Virus record (IMG/VR): IMGVR_UViG_3300020045_003677
Span: 60,098-124,097 of that record
Reading direction: 5' to 3' (one strand)
Origin: a virus
Taxonomy: Duplodnaviria > Heunggongvirae > Uroviricota > Caudoviricetes
DNA: 64,000 nt
In this document: one piece after another, positions 18,130 to 26,895 of the stretch
How positions within the stretch are numbered: position 1 is the stretch's first letter
Layout of the letters: the number at the start of each line of letters is the position of its first letter
Notes under the pieces: generated by a model
Seen by the model: the letters and a program-made list of their open reading frames with translations, nothing else
Told to the model about the DNA's origin: nothing
The model's database searches: none
Position numbers and translations under genes: made by a program

Positions 18130-18620
18130 TGGCTAGATTCACATCTTCCCAGGAGATAATAGACTTCCATAGATGGTTGGAAACTGATGATGAGTTTGTC
18201 TTTCCTGTAGAAGGGGGTAAATCTATTGAGTTTAGACTCCGTAGTTATAGACCCAAGACTACTGATCAGAAGTTGACAGATAAGGAGTCTGTAAAGGCTA
18301 TACGGGATGCTGCTGGTATATCGGCTGAGCAGATGTTGAACATCGCTCAAAAGCATTACTCAGTAGATTCGTATGACCAAAGTAGTACTGGCCTAGGCGA
18401 CAGATGGCCTGAAAGGAACAATGATCATGGTAATTCTCCAAGTGAGATGAGCAATATGATTATTGAGATATTCAAGCTTATCGAAGAGCGTCGGAATCCT
18501 ACTGCAAAAGGGTATCGGACTACTCCGCAACAAGCTTCGCCTATAAAGGCTGGTGGCTTAGTTGTAGCAAGTATTGATCTTAGGTTGGGTACGCCCAATT
18601 TGGATATTAATGTTCGTTAA
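18129..18620 (+). CDS. Hypothetical protein.
   Basis: 163-aa ORF with ATGG start coupling. Confidence 0.55.
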   Translation: MARFTSSQEIIDFHRWLETDDEFVFPVEGGKSIEFRLRSYRPKTTDQKLTDKESVKAIRDAAGISAEQMLNIAQKHYSVDSYDQSSTGLGDRWPERNNDHGNSPSEMSNMIIEIFKLIEERRNPTAKGYRTTPQQASPIKAGGLVVASIDLRLGTPNLDINVR

Positions 18621-18628
18621 ATCGAACT

Positions 18629-18715
18629 GGAGATGTGGGTGAGTGGCTTAAACCACCGGTATGCTAAACCGGAGGCCCTTAACAGGGTCCGGGAGTTCGA
18701 ATCTCTCCGTCTCCG
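18629..18715 (+). tRNA. tRNA-Ser (anticodon GCU).
   Basis: Class II tRNA. Anticodon stem ccggt/accgg with loop auGCUaa, a long variable arm and T-loop ttcgaat. Confidence 0.85.
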
Positions 18716-18885
18716 CAATTAATGTTGAAAGACAGTGTGCTGCCTCAGTTAACAGGGCGTATAGCACCATTACTCAGAAGTAATACATTTAGTTTTATGA
18801 GAGTATTTAATCGGTACAGGAATTTGGAAGGGGTTGACCGCACTGTGCCTGAAAACACATGCACTGTCCAGTGATTCACTAAGGG

Positions 18886-19101
18886 ATGGGCCCCTCTTCC
18901 GTACCTAACAGTCTAACAATGAAGATGTCAGAATTAACACCAGAACAGATACAACACATTATTTCTCAATGTAGGTTAGTACCATGTACTGTAAATGAGG
19001 TAGCTAAGAGAACCTATTCAGGGTATACTCATGCTAATTTCATAAAAATATTTGAAGAACAATACAAAGATTTACCTTCTCCAATAAGGAGTGAGGAATA
19101 A
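18886..19101 (+). CDS. Hypothetical protein.
   Basis: 71-aa ORF. Confidence 0.45.
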   Translation: MGPSSVPNSLTMKMSELTPEQIQHIISQCRLVPCTVNEVAKRTYSGYTHANFIKIFEEQYKDLPSPIRSEE

Positions 19102-19104
19102 GAT

Positions 19105-19176
19105 GGAGCTTTCGTCTAGGGGTTAGGACACGGGCTTTTCATGCCTGGAACACGAGTTCGATTCTCGTAGGCTCTA
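19105..19176 (+). tRNA. tRNA-Glu (anticodon UUC).
   Basis: gtc-taggggttagga-cac D-arm and anticodon loop uuUUCau. Resembles bacterial tRNA-Glu. Confidence 0.85.
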
Positions 19177-19201
19177 CTAGTTAATTAACTTAAACATAAC
19201 A

Positions 19202-19792
19202 ATGGATGCGAAATTAATAAAAAACGATCAACTTAGTCTCTCATGCAAATTCTATAAAGAGACTATTCTTACATCTCCTACTGGTAAGACAATGACCAGT
19301 AAAGAGTTGGCTGCCATTACTGAGCTTGGGTTGGATACATCCACGATTGTGAGTACTGAGGTTAACCTTGCTACTATCAATATTGGATCCGGTCGTAGTA
19401 TGAAGGGCATGACTGAACAACAGGTACAGGCATTAATTAATGTCTTGAACTGCACTCATAAAAGCACTGATGTTAATTCGGCAGATGCTACTTTACTTAA
19501 AGGTAAGTACTGTGATTTTTCAACAACTCGTACTATTGTGAAGCCTATCAACATTACGTTTGATAATGGTGCTATTGCTGAGATAACTGCAGATATGATC
19601 GACTATAACAGTCGTGTAGCTGTTCTTGTCCCTGAAGAATACTTTGGTAATCAGTTTAGATTACGTAATGTGTACGGTTATAGTGTTAAGTTCTCATCGA
19701 GAGATACCATCATTGGTGTTGGATGTCATACATATAACTTTGCTGACCTGATTGTATTTTTACAAAAGATTCACGCACACTTATTATCGTAG
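19202..19792 (+). CDS. Hypothetical protein, paralogue of the downstream gene.
   Basis: 196-aa ORF that shares the ELG(L/F)DTST motif with 19794..20444. Confidence 0.55.
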   Translation: MDAKLIKNDQLSLSCKFYKETILTSPTGKTMTSKELAAITELGLDTSTIVSTEVNLATINIGSGRSMKGMTEQQVQALINVLNCTHKSTDVNSADATLLKGKYCDFSTTRTIVKPINITFDNGAIAEITADMIDYNSRVAVLVPEEYFGNQFRLRNVYGYSVKFSSRDTIIGVGCHTYNFADLIVFLQKIHAHLLS

Positions 19793-19793
19793 T

Positions 19794-20444
19794 ATGAGGA
19801 AAGTAAAATCATTTAATTGTGGCCCATTCAATATTGAGTGTGTTATACATGAGTTAACCAAGTGTACAAATCCAGACGGAGTAGTTGTGGACTTTGATCA
19901 GGTTAATAAAGCTAAAGAGCTAGGATTCGATACCAGTACGTTCAAGTTCGAACCGTCGTTTGAATACCATCTCACCTTTGGATACAGTTCAACTATTAGA
20001 TTTACTATTGATCAGATAATAGCTTTCAGAGATCTTATTGAGGGTATTATAGCTACCGGTACTGTGTCTTCCATTACCTATGAAGCTCTTAAACACTTAC
20101 CTAACATTAAGTTTGTACCGGTCATAAGATTGCTCCAAGACCTTGATGTTACCTTGCCTAATGGAGCCTCTATTACTGTAACTACTGGACTGGTTGGGGA
20201 ACCTTTCCTATCACTATTACCCGATGAGTACATTGTTAAGGAATATAAGGTGCTGAAGTTCTATAATGCAAAGTTTGCTGGTGACTCTACAGGGTTTACC
20301 GTAATGACTAGGTTTGGTGATACCTCAAAGCTCATTGACTTCTTTGACAGAATTATTACATATTACAAGGAGATGTTAACTTCTAAAGATAACGGTGGTC
20401 TAGGTATTGACGCCTTAGAAAGTGAGCCCACACAGACCCCGTAA
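19794..20444 (+). CDS. Hypothetical protein, paralogue of the upstream gene.
   Basis: ATG at 19794 lies immediately after the upstream stop. The track ORF is extended 5' in-frame. Confidence 0.55.
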   Translation: MRKVKSFNCGPFNIECVIHELTKCTNPDGVVVDFDQVNKAKELGFDTSTFKFEPSFEYHLTFGYSSTIRFTIDQIIAFRDLIEGIIATGTVSSITYEALKHLPNIKFVPVIRLLQDLDVTLPNGASITVTTGLVGEPFLSLLPDEYIVKEYKVLKFYNAKFAGDSTGFTVMTRFGDTSKLIDFFDRIITYYKEMLTSKDNGGLGIDALESEPTQTP

Positions 20445-20654
20445 GAAAGGGTGAAAACGAAACACTTAGAAAGACTGGAAAGCGAGTTGCCCCTTGAGAA
20501 CATCGGGTTTATGTTTGCACTGATGCCAAAACAGTATCCAGATTGATCAGTACTCACGCTAAACTATGTAAGCGGCATGGTGATTGGATCAGGCTTGGTC
20601 CGTTTATACGGCCTGGTATGTAGAGTATTCCGTGGCTGGTAAGTGTTTTTAAAT

Positions 20655-20736
20655 GGCCTCATGGCGGAATTGGTAGACGCGCTAGACTTAGGATCTGGTG
20701 TCGCGAGGCGTGAGAGTTCGAGTCTCTCTGAGGTCA
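20655..20736 (+). tRNA. tRNA-Leu (anticodon UAG).
   Basis: gcg-gaattggtaga-cgc D-arm, anticodon loop cuUAGga, a long variable arm and T-loop ttcgagt. Confidence 0.85.
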
Positions 20737-20820
20737 CGCTTGATTATTCTCAACGGCAGGGGTGCTGGTTGGGGGCGAGTGGATTAGGGTAACCTAGTTC
20801 ACTCTTTTTGTTTACTTAAA

Positions 20821-21159
20821 TTGATAGTTATGAAAGAATTATTTCATTCCTTGGTGTCCCTACTACAAACATTGATCTATGGATCTTTGTTTGGTTGCCT
20901 ACTAGTCATCATGTTCCTTCATGGAATGTATCGTGATCAGTATCCGGTGTATGACAACATTAAATGTATAGTAATTGATTCTGGAATGTACGCTAGTCGG
21001 TATGCTCCTAAGTCCTTCATTACTATCCGGATGGTAGATGATAGCACAAAAACAACTGTGCTTCATAGTGCCAATTATAGAGAATTTACTGATTTTAAGT
21101 ATAAAATTGGTGATACTCTACATTTCAAGTGGTTATTAAAAAGCAGATTTACTCATTAA
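20821..21159 (+). CDS. Membrane protein.
   Basis: 112-aa ORF with an N-terminal hydrophobic segment. Confidence 0.5.
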   Translation: MIVMKELFHSLVSLLQTLIYGSLFGCLLVIMFLHGMYRDQYPVYDNIKCIVIDSGMYASRYAPKSFITIRMVDDSTKTTVLHSANYREFTDFKYKIGDTLHFKWLLKSRFTH

Positions 21160-21169
21160 TAAATTAATC

Positions 21170-21526
21170 ATGAAAAACGACAAAGTATTGTTAAGTATTG
21201 TTCTTACTCAGTTTGCTGATGGTAAAGAAGACGTTGCAGTGGTAACACCTGAAGTTGTTGCAGCAGAAGGTACTCTTGCTCCAGAAACTGTAGCTGAAGA
21301 AGACAACGAGCCTATCAGATGTGCTATGGCTGTGACTGTTGATGGACCATCAAGTCTTATCCACCAGTCTTTGGTAAAAGCTTTCACTGAACACGATGAG
21401 CTTATGGGTATCTTCAGAAATGCAATTTCTGAGGTTATGATGGCCAAAATGTTTGGTGGTGGTCTTTCGGATCTTATCGATGCACTTGGTGGCAAAGAAG
21501 AGTCTACCGAAAAAACTGAGGAGTAA
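21170..21526 (+). CDS. Acidic hypothetical protein.
   Basis: 118-aa ORF rich in Glu/Asp. Confidence 0.5.
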   Translation: MKNDKVLLSIVLTQFADGKEDVAVVTPEVVAAEGTLAPETVAEEDNEPIRCAMAVTVDGPSSLIHQSLVKAFTEHDELMGIFRNAISEVMMAKMFGGGLSDLIDALGGKEESTEKTEE

Positions 21527-21535
21527 TATTCTCAT

Positions 21536-21610
21536 GGACCTGTAGCCAAGTTGGTAACGGCACCAGACTCATAATCTGGAGATGCGCGAGTTCGAAGCTC
21601 GCTGGGTCCA
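21536..21610 (+). tRNA. tRNA-Met (anticodon CAU).
   Basis: Canonical cloverleaf. Anticodon stem ccaga/tctgg with loop cuCAUaa and T-loop ttcgaag. Confidence 0.85.
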
Positions 21611-21629
21611 CTAATTTAATTACACTAAT

Positions 21630-21866
21630 ATGCCACTAACAATTCCAGGAAAGTGCTCCTCTTGTAAGCACAAACGAACAGTTCCGGGAGATGCACATAT
21701 TAGATGTGCTAATCCAGACCCTGACATGACGGGATACCCTCATGGTATAAGACAAGGATGGTTCTACTATCCAGTACTATTTGATCCAGTATGGATGACT
21801 AAAGAGTGTAACAACTATGAATGTAAAGACGAAACTCTCAAAACTAATGAGAAAGACCCCGGATAA
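21630..21866 (+). CDS. Small Cys-rich protein.
   Basis: 78-aa ORF with CSSC...C...C cysteine clusters. Confidence 0.45.
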   Translation: MPLTIPGKCSSCKHKRTVPGDAHIRCANPDPDMTGYPHGIRQGWFYYPVLFDPVWMTKECNNYECKDETLKTNEKDPG

Positions 21867-21961
21867 TAATAAATACTGCCCTGTGCTTGCTTTTGGGTAT
21901 GGTAACGGAAGCTTTCTTATAATGATTCCGTGGTTCAGTATTCAATTTAATCGAATTAAAA

Positions 21962-22207
21962 ATGAAAAACGGTGATAAAGTACATTATGTACCCTTTGAT
22001 GGGTGCACTAACGAAGAATGCCGAAATGGGATGATCAAACGTACCTTTACTGGTATGGATGACTATTACTATGTCGCGTATGGATGCCAAGACCCTGCAG
22101 ATATCAACAAACATAAAGGTGAGTTAACCCTCATCAGTAAGTTGAAAGAAAATTGGGTTGAACAGAACTTTCCTGAAGATACCACTGAAGAGGAGGAAGA
22201 ATGGTAA
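21962..22207 (+). CDS. Hypothetical protein.
   Basis: 81-aa ORF. Confidence 0.45.
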   Translation: MKNGDKVHYVPFDGCTNEECRNGMIKRTFTGMDDYYYVAYGCQDPADINKHKGELTLISKLKENWVEQNFPEDTTEEEEEW

Positions 22208-22473
22208 GCAAGTTCGAACAATACAAAGCTGCAATGTTACAATATTGTAGTACTGATGCCCTAGAGCTATTTGAAAAGTTCTTGAAGAAGGAGAAGGTGT
22301 TCGAGAATTTCGAAGCTAATCTAAATCTTCGCGAGAACATGATTATACAAGGCCCACATCTACTTACTGCTAATGCGTTTGTGTGGATGAGTACACCTGA
22401 GAAGTTCGATTTCTGGTGGGGTATTGATGAACGATGGGTAAATTATCTATTGAAACATGGGCCAAAAGCATAA
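22201..22473 (+). CDS. Hypothetical protein.
   Basis: 90-aa ORF. Confidence 0.45.
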   Translation: MVSKFEQYKAAMLQYCSTDALELFEKFLKKEKVFENFEANLNLRENMIIQGPHLLTANAFVWMSTPEKFDFWWGIDERWVNYLLKHGPKA

Positions 22474-22738
22474 AGAAATCGAAGTAAGTGGTACTCAAAG
22501 AGTACGCGTGACCGTCGATCCATTGATTGTGATGGAGAAAGAATATGATAGATCGGTTCCTCGACATACTTTTCTAAAGGAAATAGATGGAAAGTTCTAC
22601 ATACTATGTGATGATCAGCTCGACGATGACATCTCTGATAGCGAGATTAGTAAAGAAGAGTTTGATTATCTTACCAGTCTAAAATTTGCTATTAGAGCAT
22701 TATTAACATTTAGGGTATGGTCTACAAAGGGCAAATAA
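22457..22738 (+). CDS. Hypothetical protein.
   Basis: 93-aa ORF. Confidence 0.45.
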   Translation: MGQKHKEIEVSGTQRVRVTVDPLIVMEKEYDRSVPRHTFLKEIDGKFYILCDDQLDDDISDSEISKEEFDYLTSLKFAIRALLTFRVWSTKGK

Positions 22739-23130
22739 CTCAGCTCGAACCAAACGAGATATTCGTATTTGGTAGTAACACTCAAGGTCGCCATGGTAAA
22801 GGTGCAGCATTAATTGCTAGACAGAAGTTTGGTGCTATCTATGGTCAAGCACGAGGTCGTCAAGGCCAGTGTTATGCTATAGTAACCAAGGATCTTACTA
22901 AGGACTATAATTCGCCCTCAGTCAGTATTGAGTGTATTAAACAGGAGATAAGAGACCTGTATGGCTATGCTCGATTATATCCAGAGTTAAAGTTCTATGT
23001 AGCATACTCGGGTACCGGCACCAATCTAAACAACTATTCAAATCCATTGATGGCAACTATGTTTCGTCAGAGACCCATTCCAGAGAATATTGTGTTTGAA
23101 GAGTCATTCGACAGATTAGTAAACTTTTAA
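22717..23130 (+). CDS. Conserved Rossmann-like domain protein. Possibly a SLOG/DprA-like nucleotide-binding fold.
   Basis: The motif FVFGSNTQGRHGKGAA...GA..G...GQCYAIVTK is a Gly-rich Rossmann-type signature recurrent in phage proteins. Family assignment is tentative. Confidence 0.4.
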   Translation: MVYKGQITQLEPNEIFVFGSNTQGRHGKGAALIARQKFGAIYGQARGRQGQCYAIVTKDLTKDYNSPSVSIECIKQEIRDLYGYARLYPELKFYVAYSGTGTNLNNYSNPLMATMFRQRPIPENIVFEESFDRLVNF

Positions 23131-23271
23131 CATTTTGATACTATATCATGAGAAAAGTAATCTTTTTGCTATTATGCTTGGTGTTAGCCAGTTGTGCAAC
23201 ACCTAAGAAGTTTGGGTACCCAAAGGGAACTCAGATGAATACTGATTGGAGAATTCGTAAACTATAATTAA

Positions 23272-23559
23272 ATGAAACTGAAAGCTATAACTGGAATAAT
23301 AGTATTGTTCCTACTGATACTAACCGGGTATTTGTTATTGAATGAGATGTTTAGTCTAAGTAAGGCTAATGAGATCAATCGACAGAAGACGCTACAACGA
23401 GAGATGTTCAAATTGGGCGCCTCTATGTACAGGTCTCAAGTGATCAATACATATGGTGATTCTATCATATTTCCCATTGACTCACTGTTCATACGCGAAG
23501 TGTTCGATTATAACGATACTCTTGGTCATGAAATTGAGGGTGTAGCCTTCGAAAATTAA
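23272..23559 (+). CDS. Membrane-anchored hypothetical protein.
   Basis: 95-aa ORF with an N-terminal transmembrane segment. Confidence 0.45.
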   Translation: MKLKAITGIIVLFLLILTGYLLLNEMFSLSKANEINRQKTLQREMFKLGASMYRSQVINTYGDSIIFPIDSLFIREVFDYNDTLGHEIEGVAFEN

Positions 23560-23566
23560 CAAGGAT

Positions 23567-23640
<74 letters not shown>

Positions 23641-23655
23641 CTAATAACTTGTACC

Positions 23656-23814
23656 ATGTATACAGAACAAGAAATGCTTGAGTTTGCTGTATGGTGTGGA
23701 ACCAACTTTGTATCATACCATTCGAAGCGTGATGGTGAGAGAATATGGTTTGACCCAGAAAAGGTTGTGTACCAAACAACAAAGCAGTTATTAAAAATTT
23801 GGAGTAATAAATAA
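23656..23814 (+). CDS. Small hypothetical protein.
   Basis: 52-codon ATG ORF below the track cutoff, between tRNA-Arg and the next gene. Confidence 0.3.
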   Translation: MYTEQEMLEFAVWCGTNFVSYHSKRDGERIWFDPEKVVYQTTKQLLKIWSNK

Positions 23815-23831
23815 TTTAACGTAAAAATCAC

Positions 23832-24629
23832 ATGAGCTTAAAATTGAATGTGTTATTGGCGATAACTGACGCACTACGCGTGAAGTTTAAAAATATGGTA
23901 GCCGACCATACGAAGTTTTATCAGAAAGCCCAAGGAGCATTCCTGGGTACAAAAGCAACATATGTCAACCGCGAAGGTTGTTTAGATGATCCAAGCAAGC
24001 GTAAGTTTGTGAAAGTTATCACAACTGTTGACGAAAAGATTGCGTATTTTATCAAAGAGTCGAAAGAGTTTGTTGATGCTCTTATGTCACAAGAGAAAAC
24101 CAATGCATCCGGTATTGCAACTGCAGAACTTGTTGTGAATGGAGAATCTTGGGGTGTATTTACATCATTGGAACTGCTTCGTTTGAAGTCTTTGATCGAA
24201 TCTGCAGAGTTTGGTAGCCTTGAGCAGATGATTGCTGGAATCCCGGTAAGATCAGATGCTGAGATATGGGCCCCAACAACCAAGGAAGAATATGCCGATA
24301 GAGCAATCTATGAAGCTCCTCTTGCCTCTGGTGAATCGCGTACATCTTCTAAAGAGGAGTACATTCTCGAAGATCCGAACCTTTCTAAGCTTACATCTGG
24401 TAGTTATCAGCCTAAGCTTGCTACGCGCACAACTGTATTCACCATTGGTGACTATACTACCCAGGATTTCTCTGGTGAGTGGTCTCAACGTGAGCGTGCC
24501 GGAGCATTGAAAAGGAGAAGTGATCTTCTTATTGCCGTTACAAAAGCCCTTAAAGAATCTAATGACTGTACTGTTATCAACTCTGAGTTGACAGCGGATA
24601 GAATCTTTGGATTTATCTTCAAAGGGTAA
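23832..24629 (+). CDS. Hypothetical protein.
   Basis: 265-aa ORF. Confidence 0.6.
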   Translation: MSLKLNVLLAITDALRVKFKNMVADHTKFYQKAQGAFLGTKATYVNREGCLDDPSKRKFVKVITTVDEKIAYFIKESKEFVDALMSQEKTNASGIATAELVVNGESWGVFTSLELLRLKSLIESAEFGSLEQMIAGIPVRSDAEIWAPTTKEEYADRAIYEAPLASGESRTSSKEEYILEDPNLSKLTSGSYQPKLATRTTVFTIGDYTTQDFSGEWSQRERAGALKRRSDLLIAVTKALKESNDCTVINSELTADRIFGFIFKG

Positions 24630-24792
24630 CACAAAATATTGGTTCAAGCTTTAATCTTAACTTTAACTTTAATCCAGCCCATAGCGCGTTTTAGATTTTT
24701 AGTTGTACCAAAAGATTTAGCTTGAACTTTATTGGTAGGAGTAGTCAGGTGGAAAACAAACGAAAAATTACAGAGAATGTAACTTTTTTGAA

Positions 24793-24830
24793 GTTGTCGG
24801 TCGCGGGTTTGAGTCCCGTCACGGCCTCCA
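24793..24830 (+). tRNA. 3' half of a split, permuted tRNA, predicted Gln-UUG-like. It has an anticodon 3' strand, variable loop, T-arm, acceptor 3' strand and an encoded CCA.
   Basis: gttgt-cggtc-gcggg-tttgagt-cccgt-cacggcc-t-cca. Its acceptor and anticodon strands are exact complements of the 5' half at 25030..25059. Confidence 0.45.
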
Positions 24831-25029
24831 TTATTATCACGTTTGAGGTTTACATAGACATTTCTCCATACTAGGGCAGTTGTGCTTGCTAATAGGTGGT
24901 TAAGACATAGCTCTGCCTATAGTAAAGTACATCACAGTCTTACTTGAAAGAAAGTATAAAGGAAGGTATCCGAGCAAAGAGGGTTTGACTTGGCCCCACC
25001 AAACGTAATATTAGTACAATGCAATAACT

Positions 25030-25059
25030 GGCCGTGTAGCTTAGTGATAGAGCAACAAC
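25030..25059 (+). tRNA. 5' half of the same split, permuted tRNA. It has an acceptor 5' strand, D-arm and anticodon 5' strand.
   Basis: ggccgtg-ta-gctt-agtgata-gagc-a-acaac. It lies 199 nt downstream of its 3' half. D-loop A19 covaries with U56 in the tttgagt T-loop. Confidence 0.45.
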
Positions 25060-25150
25060 CCAAAGAAAATAGCTTTAGCATAAGTACACTTGAATATGAA
25101 ACTACACAGAGACCCCGTCCTAAGAAGGATACTGATCGGATGGGGTACAT

Positions 25151-25222
25151 GGGGAGGTGGTGCAGTGGTAGACACGCACAGCTATGGTGTGAATTGCGTC
25201 GGTTCGAATCCGACCCTCCACA
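25151..25222 (+). tRNA. tRNA-like gene with a non-canonical anticodon arm (possible UAU with C33) and an acceptor mismatch. May be a pseudogene or decoy.
   Basis: The T-arm gtcgg-ttcgaat-ccgac and D-loop cagtggtaga are canonical. Acceptor ggggagg/cctccac has a G-A mismatch at 2-71. Best anticodon stem is 4 bp (caca/tgtg) with loop gcUAUgg. Confidence 0.4.
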
Positions 25223-25419
25223 CAAAAATTGAGCCATGAAAAGAGAAAAGAAAGTAAATGTTAATGATGATGAGCGCTGGCCTGCTTACAATGAACTTAA
25301 GTCTAAGGGTGATACTATAAAAGCTAACAAGCTTAAAGAAGAGATCCTAGATTCATATAAATGGAAGAAGCCATGTCATCATGTGGCAGAGAGGTAATCA
25401 ATAACTTAAATTTATAACA

Positions 25420-25788
25420 ATGAAATTAACATTTAAACATAGGCCTGGGTATCTTTTCTCTCTAAGAGTATTAGATACTAATGGAGATGAGGTAGTTATG
25501 TCTTATTCTGTAGACGATATACTGAAAAGTATACTGGTATCTAAGCAGCAAGAGTCTGGTATTATTACTTACAGCACATTCAAATCAAGTAAACCTTGTA
25601 TTGGTGTTTGTAATGTCAATTGCGGTGATTGGAAAGTTGTTTATTCAAACATTGAAGGTGTTGAAGTAAATGATCCTCTACGTATCTGTATGACCGGGTT
25701 TAAGAAGCATGTTGGTGCACTAAGATCTAAATTATTTAAGACACATTATTTTATCATTGAAACAGATGAATCTACAACTGTTGATTAG
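25420..25788 (+). CDS. Hypothetical protein.
   Basis: 122-aa ORF with an A-rich start context. Confidence 0.55.
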   Translation: MKLTFKHRPGYLFSLRVLDTNGDEVVMSYSVDDILKSILVSKQQESGIITYSTFKSSKPCIGVCNVNCGDWKVVYSNIEGVEVNDPLRICMTGFKKHVGALRSKLFKTHYFIIETDESTTVD

Positions 25789-25789
25789 G

Positions 25790-25951
25790 ATGTTTGTATG
25801 GTTTCCATTGTTGAAACGATACAAAATGATATTTCCTTATAAGGAGCCATATCTATATGCAGGGCTAAATCCTAAATGGAAGAACCCTGATGGGTCACAA
25901 ATGACCATAAAAGAACGTAAATTGCTATACAAAAACTGGATAACAGCATGA
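25790..25951 (+). CDS. Small hypothetical protein.
   Basis: ATG at 25790 right after the upstream stop. The track ORF begins at TTG 25757. Confidence 0.35.
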   Translation: MFVWFPLLKRYKMIFPYKEPYLYAGLNPKWKNPDGSQMTIKERKLLYKNWITA

Positions 25952-26292
25952 CAGAACAAGAAATTAAAGATGGGTCTATCCTGATTGCTAAGTTCTTAGG
26001 ATGGAAACAAGGGTTTCTCTTTGAATGGACTTGCCCTTTTGAACCTTCTAAAAACGGCTTTAGGAATATCTATGCACCTAATGGTAATGGTATGAAATTT
26101 CATACTGACTGGAACTGGTTAATAGCTGGTGCCAAGAAGTTTGATGGTATTCATGACCAGATCGCTGAAGAACATATAGCTGATTATGTGTGTATGTGCG
26201 ATGAACAGGATGATTCTGTTACATGCTATGATATAATGAACGCTTTCGAAGTGTTGGTGAATAACGTTAAATGGTATAATTCGATAGTATGA
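25948..26292 (+). CDS. Hypothetical protein.
   Basis: 114-aa ORF. Confidence 0.5.
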   Translation: MTEQEIKDGSILIAKFLGWKQGFLFEWTCPFEPSKNGFRNIYAPNGNGMKFHTDWNWLIAGAKKFDGIHDQIAEEHIADYVCMCDEQDDSVTCYDIMNAFEVLVNNVKWYNSIV

Positions 26293-26486
26293 TACCAGGA
26301 GATAAGATTCACTATGTTGCCCCTCATGAAGGAGCAGTACCACAGAACGGTATGTTCAAGTCTTTGAATGAGTTCGATAAAACACATATCTTTGTAGTGT
26401 TTAACTGTGGAGAAGACTGGGAACGGTACAAGGACTATACAGGACAAAATACGCCCATATCCCGGGTCTTTCCGGGTTGGGTATAA
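26289..26486 (+). CDS. Hypothetical protein.
   Basis: 65-aa ORF overlapping the upstream stop. Confidence 0.4.
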   Translation: MIPGDKIHYVAPHEGAVPQNGMFKSLNEFDKTHIFVVFNCGEDWERYKDYTGQNTPISRVFPGWV

Positions 26487-26719
26487 CTTATTACCTACTG
26501 AGGCAGAATTAGTGAAATAGGCGAGTTAACGCTCATACGGCGCCTAAGAAGGACGCACCACTAAGTCATTCTAAGATGACCATTCTGATAAAGGCATGGC
26601 GGCTGCAGATGGCAGTGTCAATATTTGCGTGCTCCACTACTTAGAAGTGGATAGGTAACAACATTTGCATCGTAAGGTGTAAGTAGTATGCGTAATAGTG
26701 TACATAAAAGCGTATGCTT

Positions 26720-26794
26720 TGCGAGGTGGCGCAGATTGATTAGCGCACTCCCGACGAAAGGGAGAGGTCGTAGGTTTGAATCCTGCCCTCGCTA
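26720..26794 (+). tRNA. tRNA-like gene with a non-canonical anticodon loop. Anticodon CGA with A33, a short variable arm, a U56 T-loop and a 1-72 mismatch.
   Basis: gcgc-agattgatta-gcgc D-arm, anticodon stem ctccc/gggag with loop gaCGAaa, and T-arm gtagg-tttgaat-cctgc. D-loop A19 covaries with U56. Confidence 0.5.
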
Positions 26795-26801
26795 CAAAAT
26801 T

Positions 26802-26875
26802 CATGAGATAGCTCAGCCCGGTAGAGCAGCGGACCCATATTCCGCGTGTCGGTGGTTCAAATCCATCTCTCGTGA
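26802..26875 (+). tRNA. tRNA with anticodon CAU (Met or Ile2-like). Its anticodon loop is unusual, with C33.
   Basis: Acceptor catgaga/tctcgtg, D-arm gctc-agcccggtaga-gagc, anticodon stem gcgga/tccgc with loop ccCAUau, and T-loop ttcaaat. Confidence 0.7.
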
Positions 26876-26895
26876 CTAATTTTAAATTAATAACA

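Noticed and set aside
24932-25237. ORFs 24990..25232 (+) and 24932..25237 (-) overlapping the tRNA-half and tRNA-like region.
   Set aside because: They overlap strongly structured tRNA-like sequence and have low-complexity translations. The RNA interpretation is better supported.
26688-26879. ORFs 26688..26879 (+) and 28166..28348 (+) across the tRNA-like clusters.
   Set aside because: Arg/Cys-rich translations that read through tRNA-like cloverleaf sequences. They are spurious.
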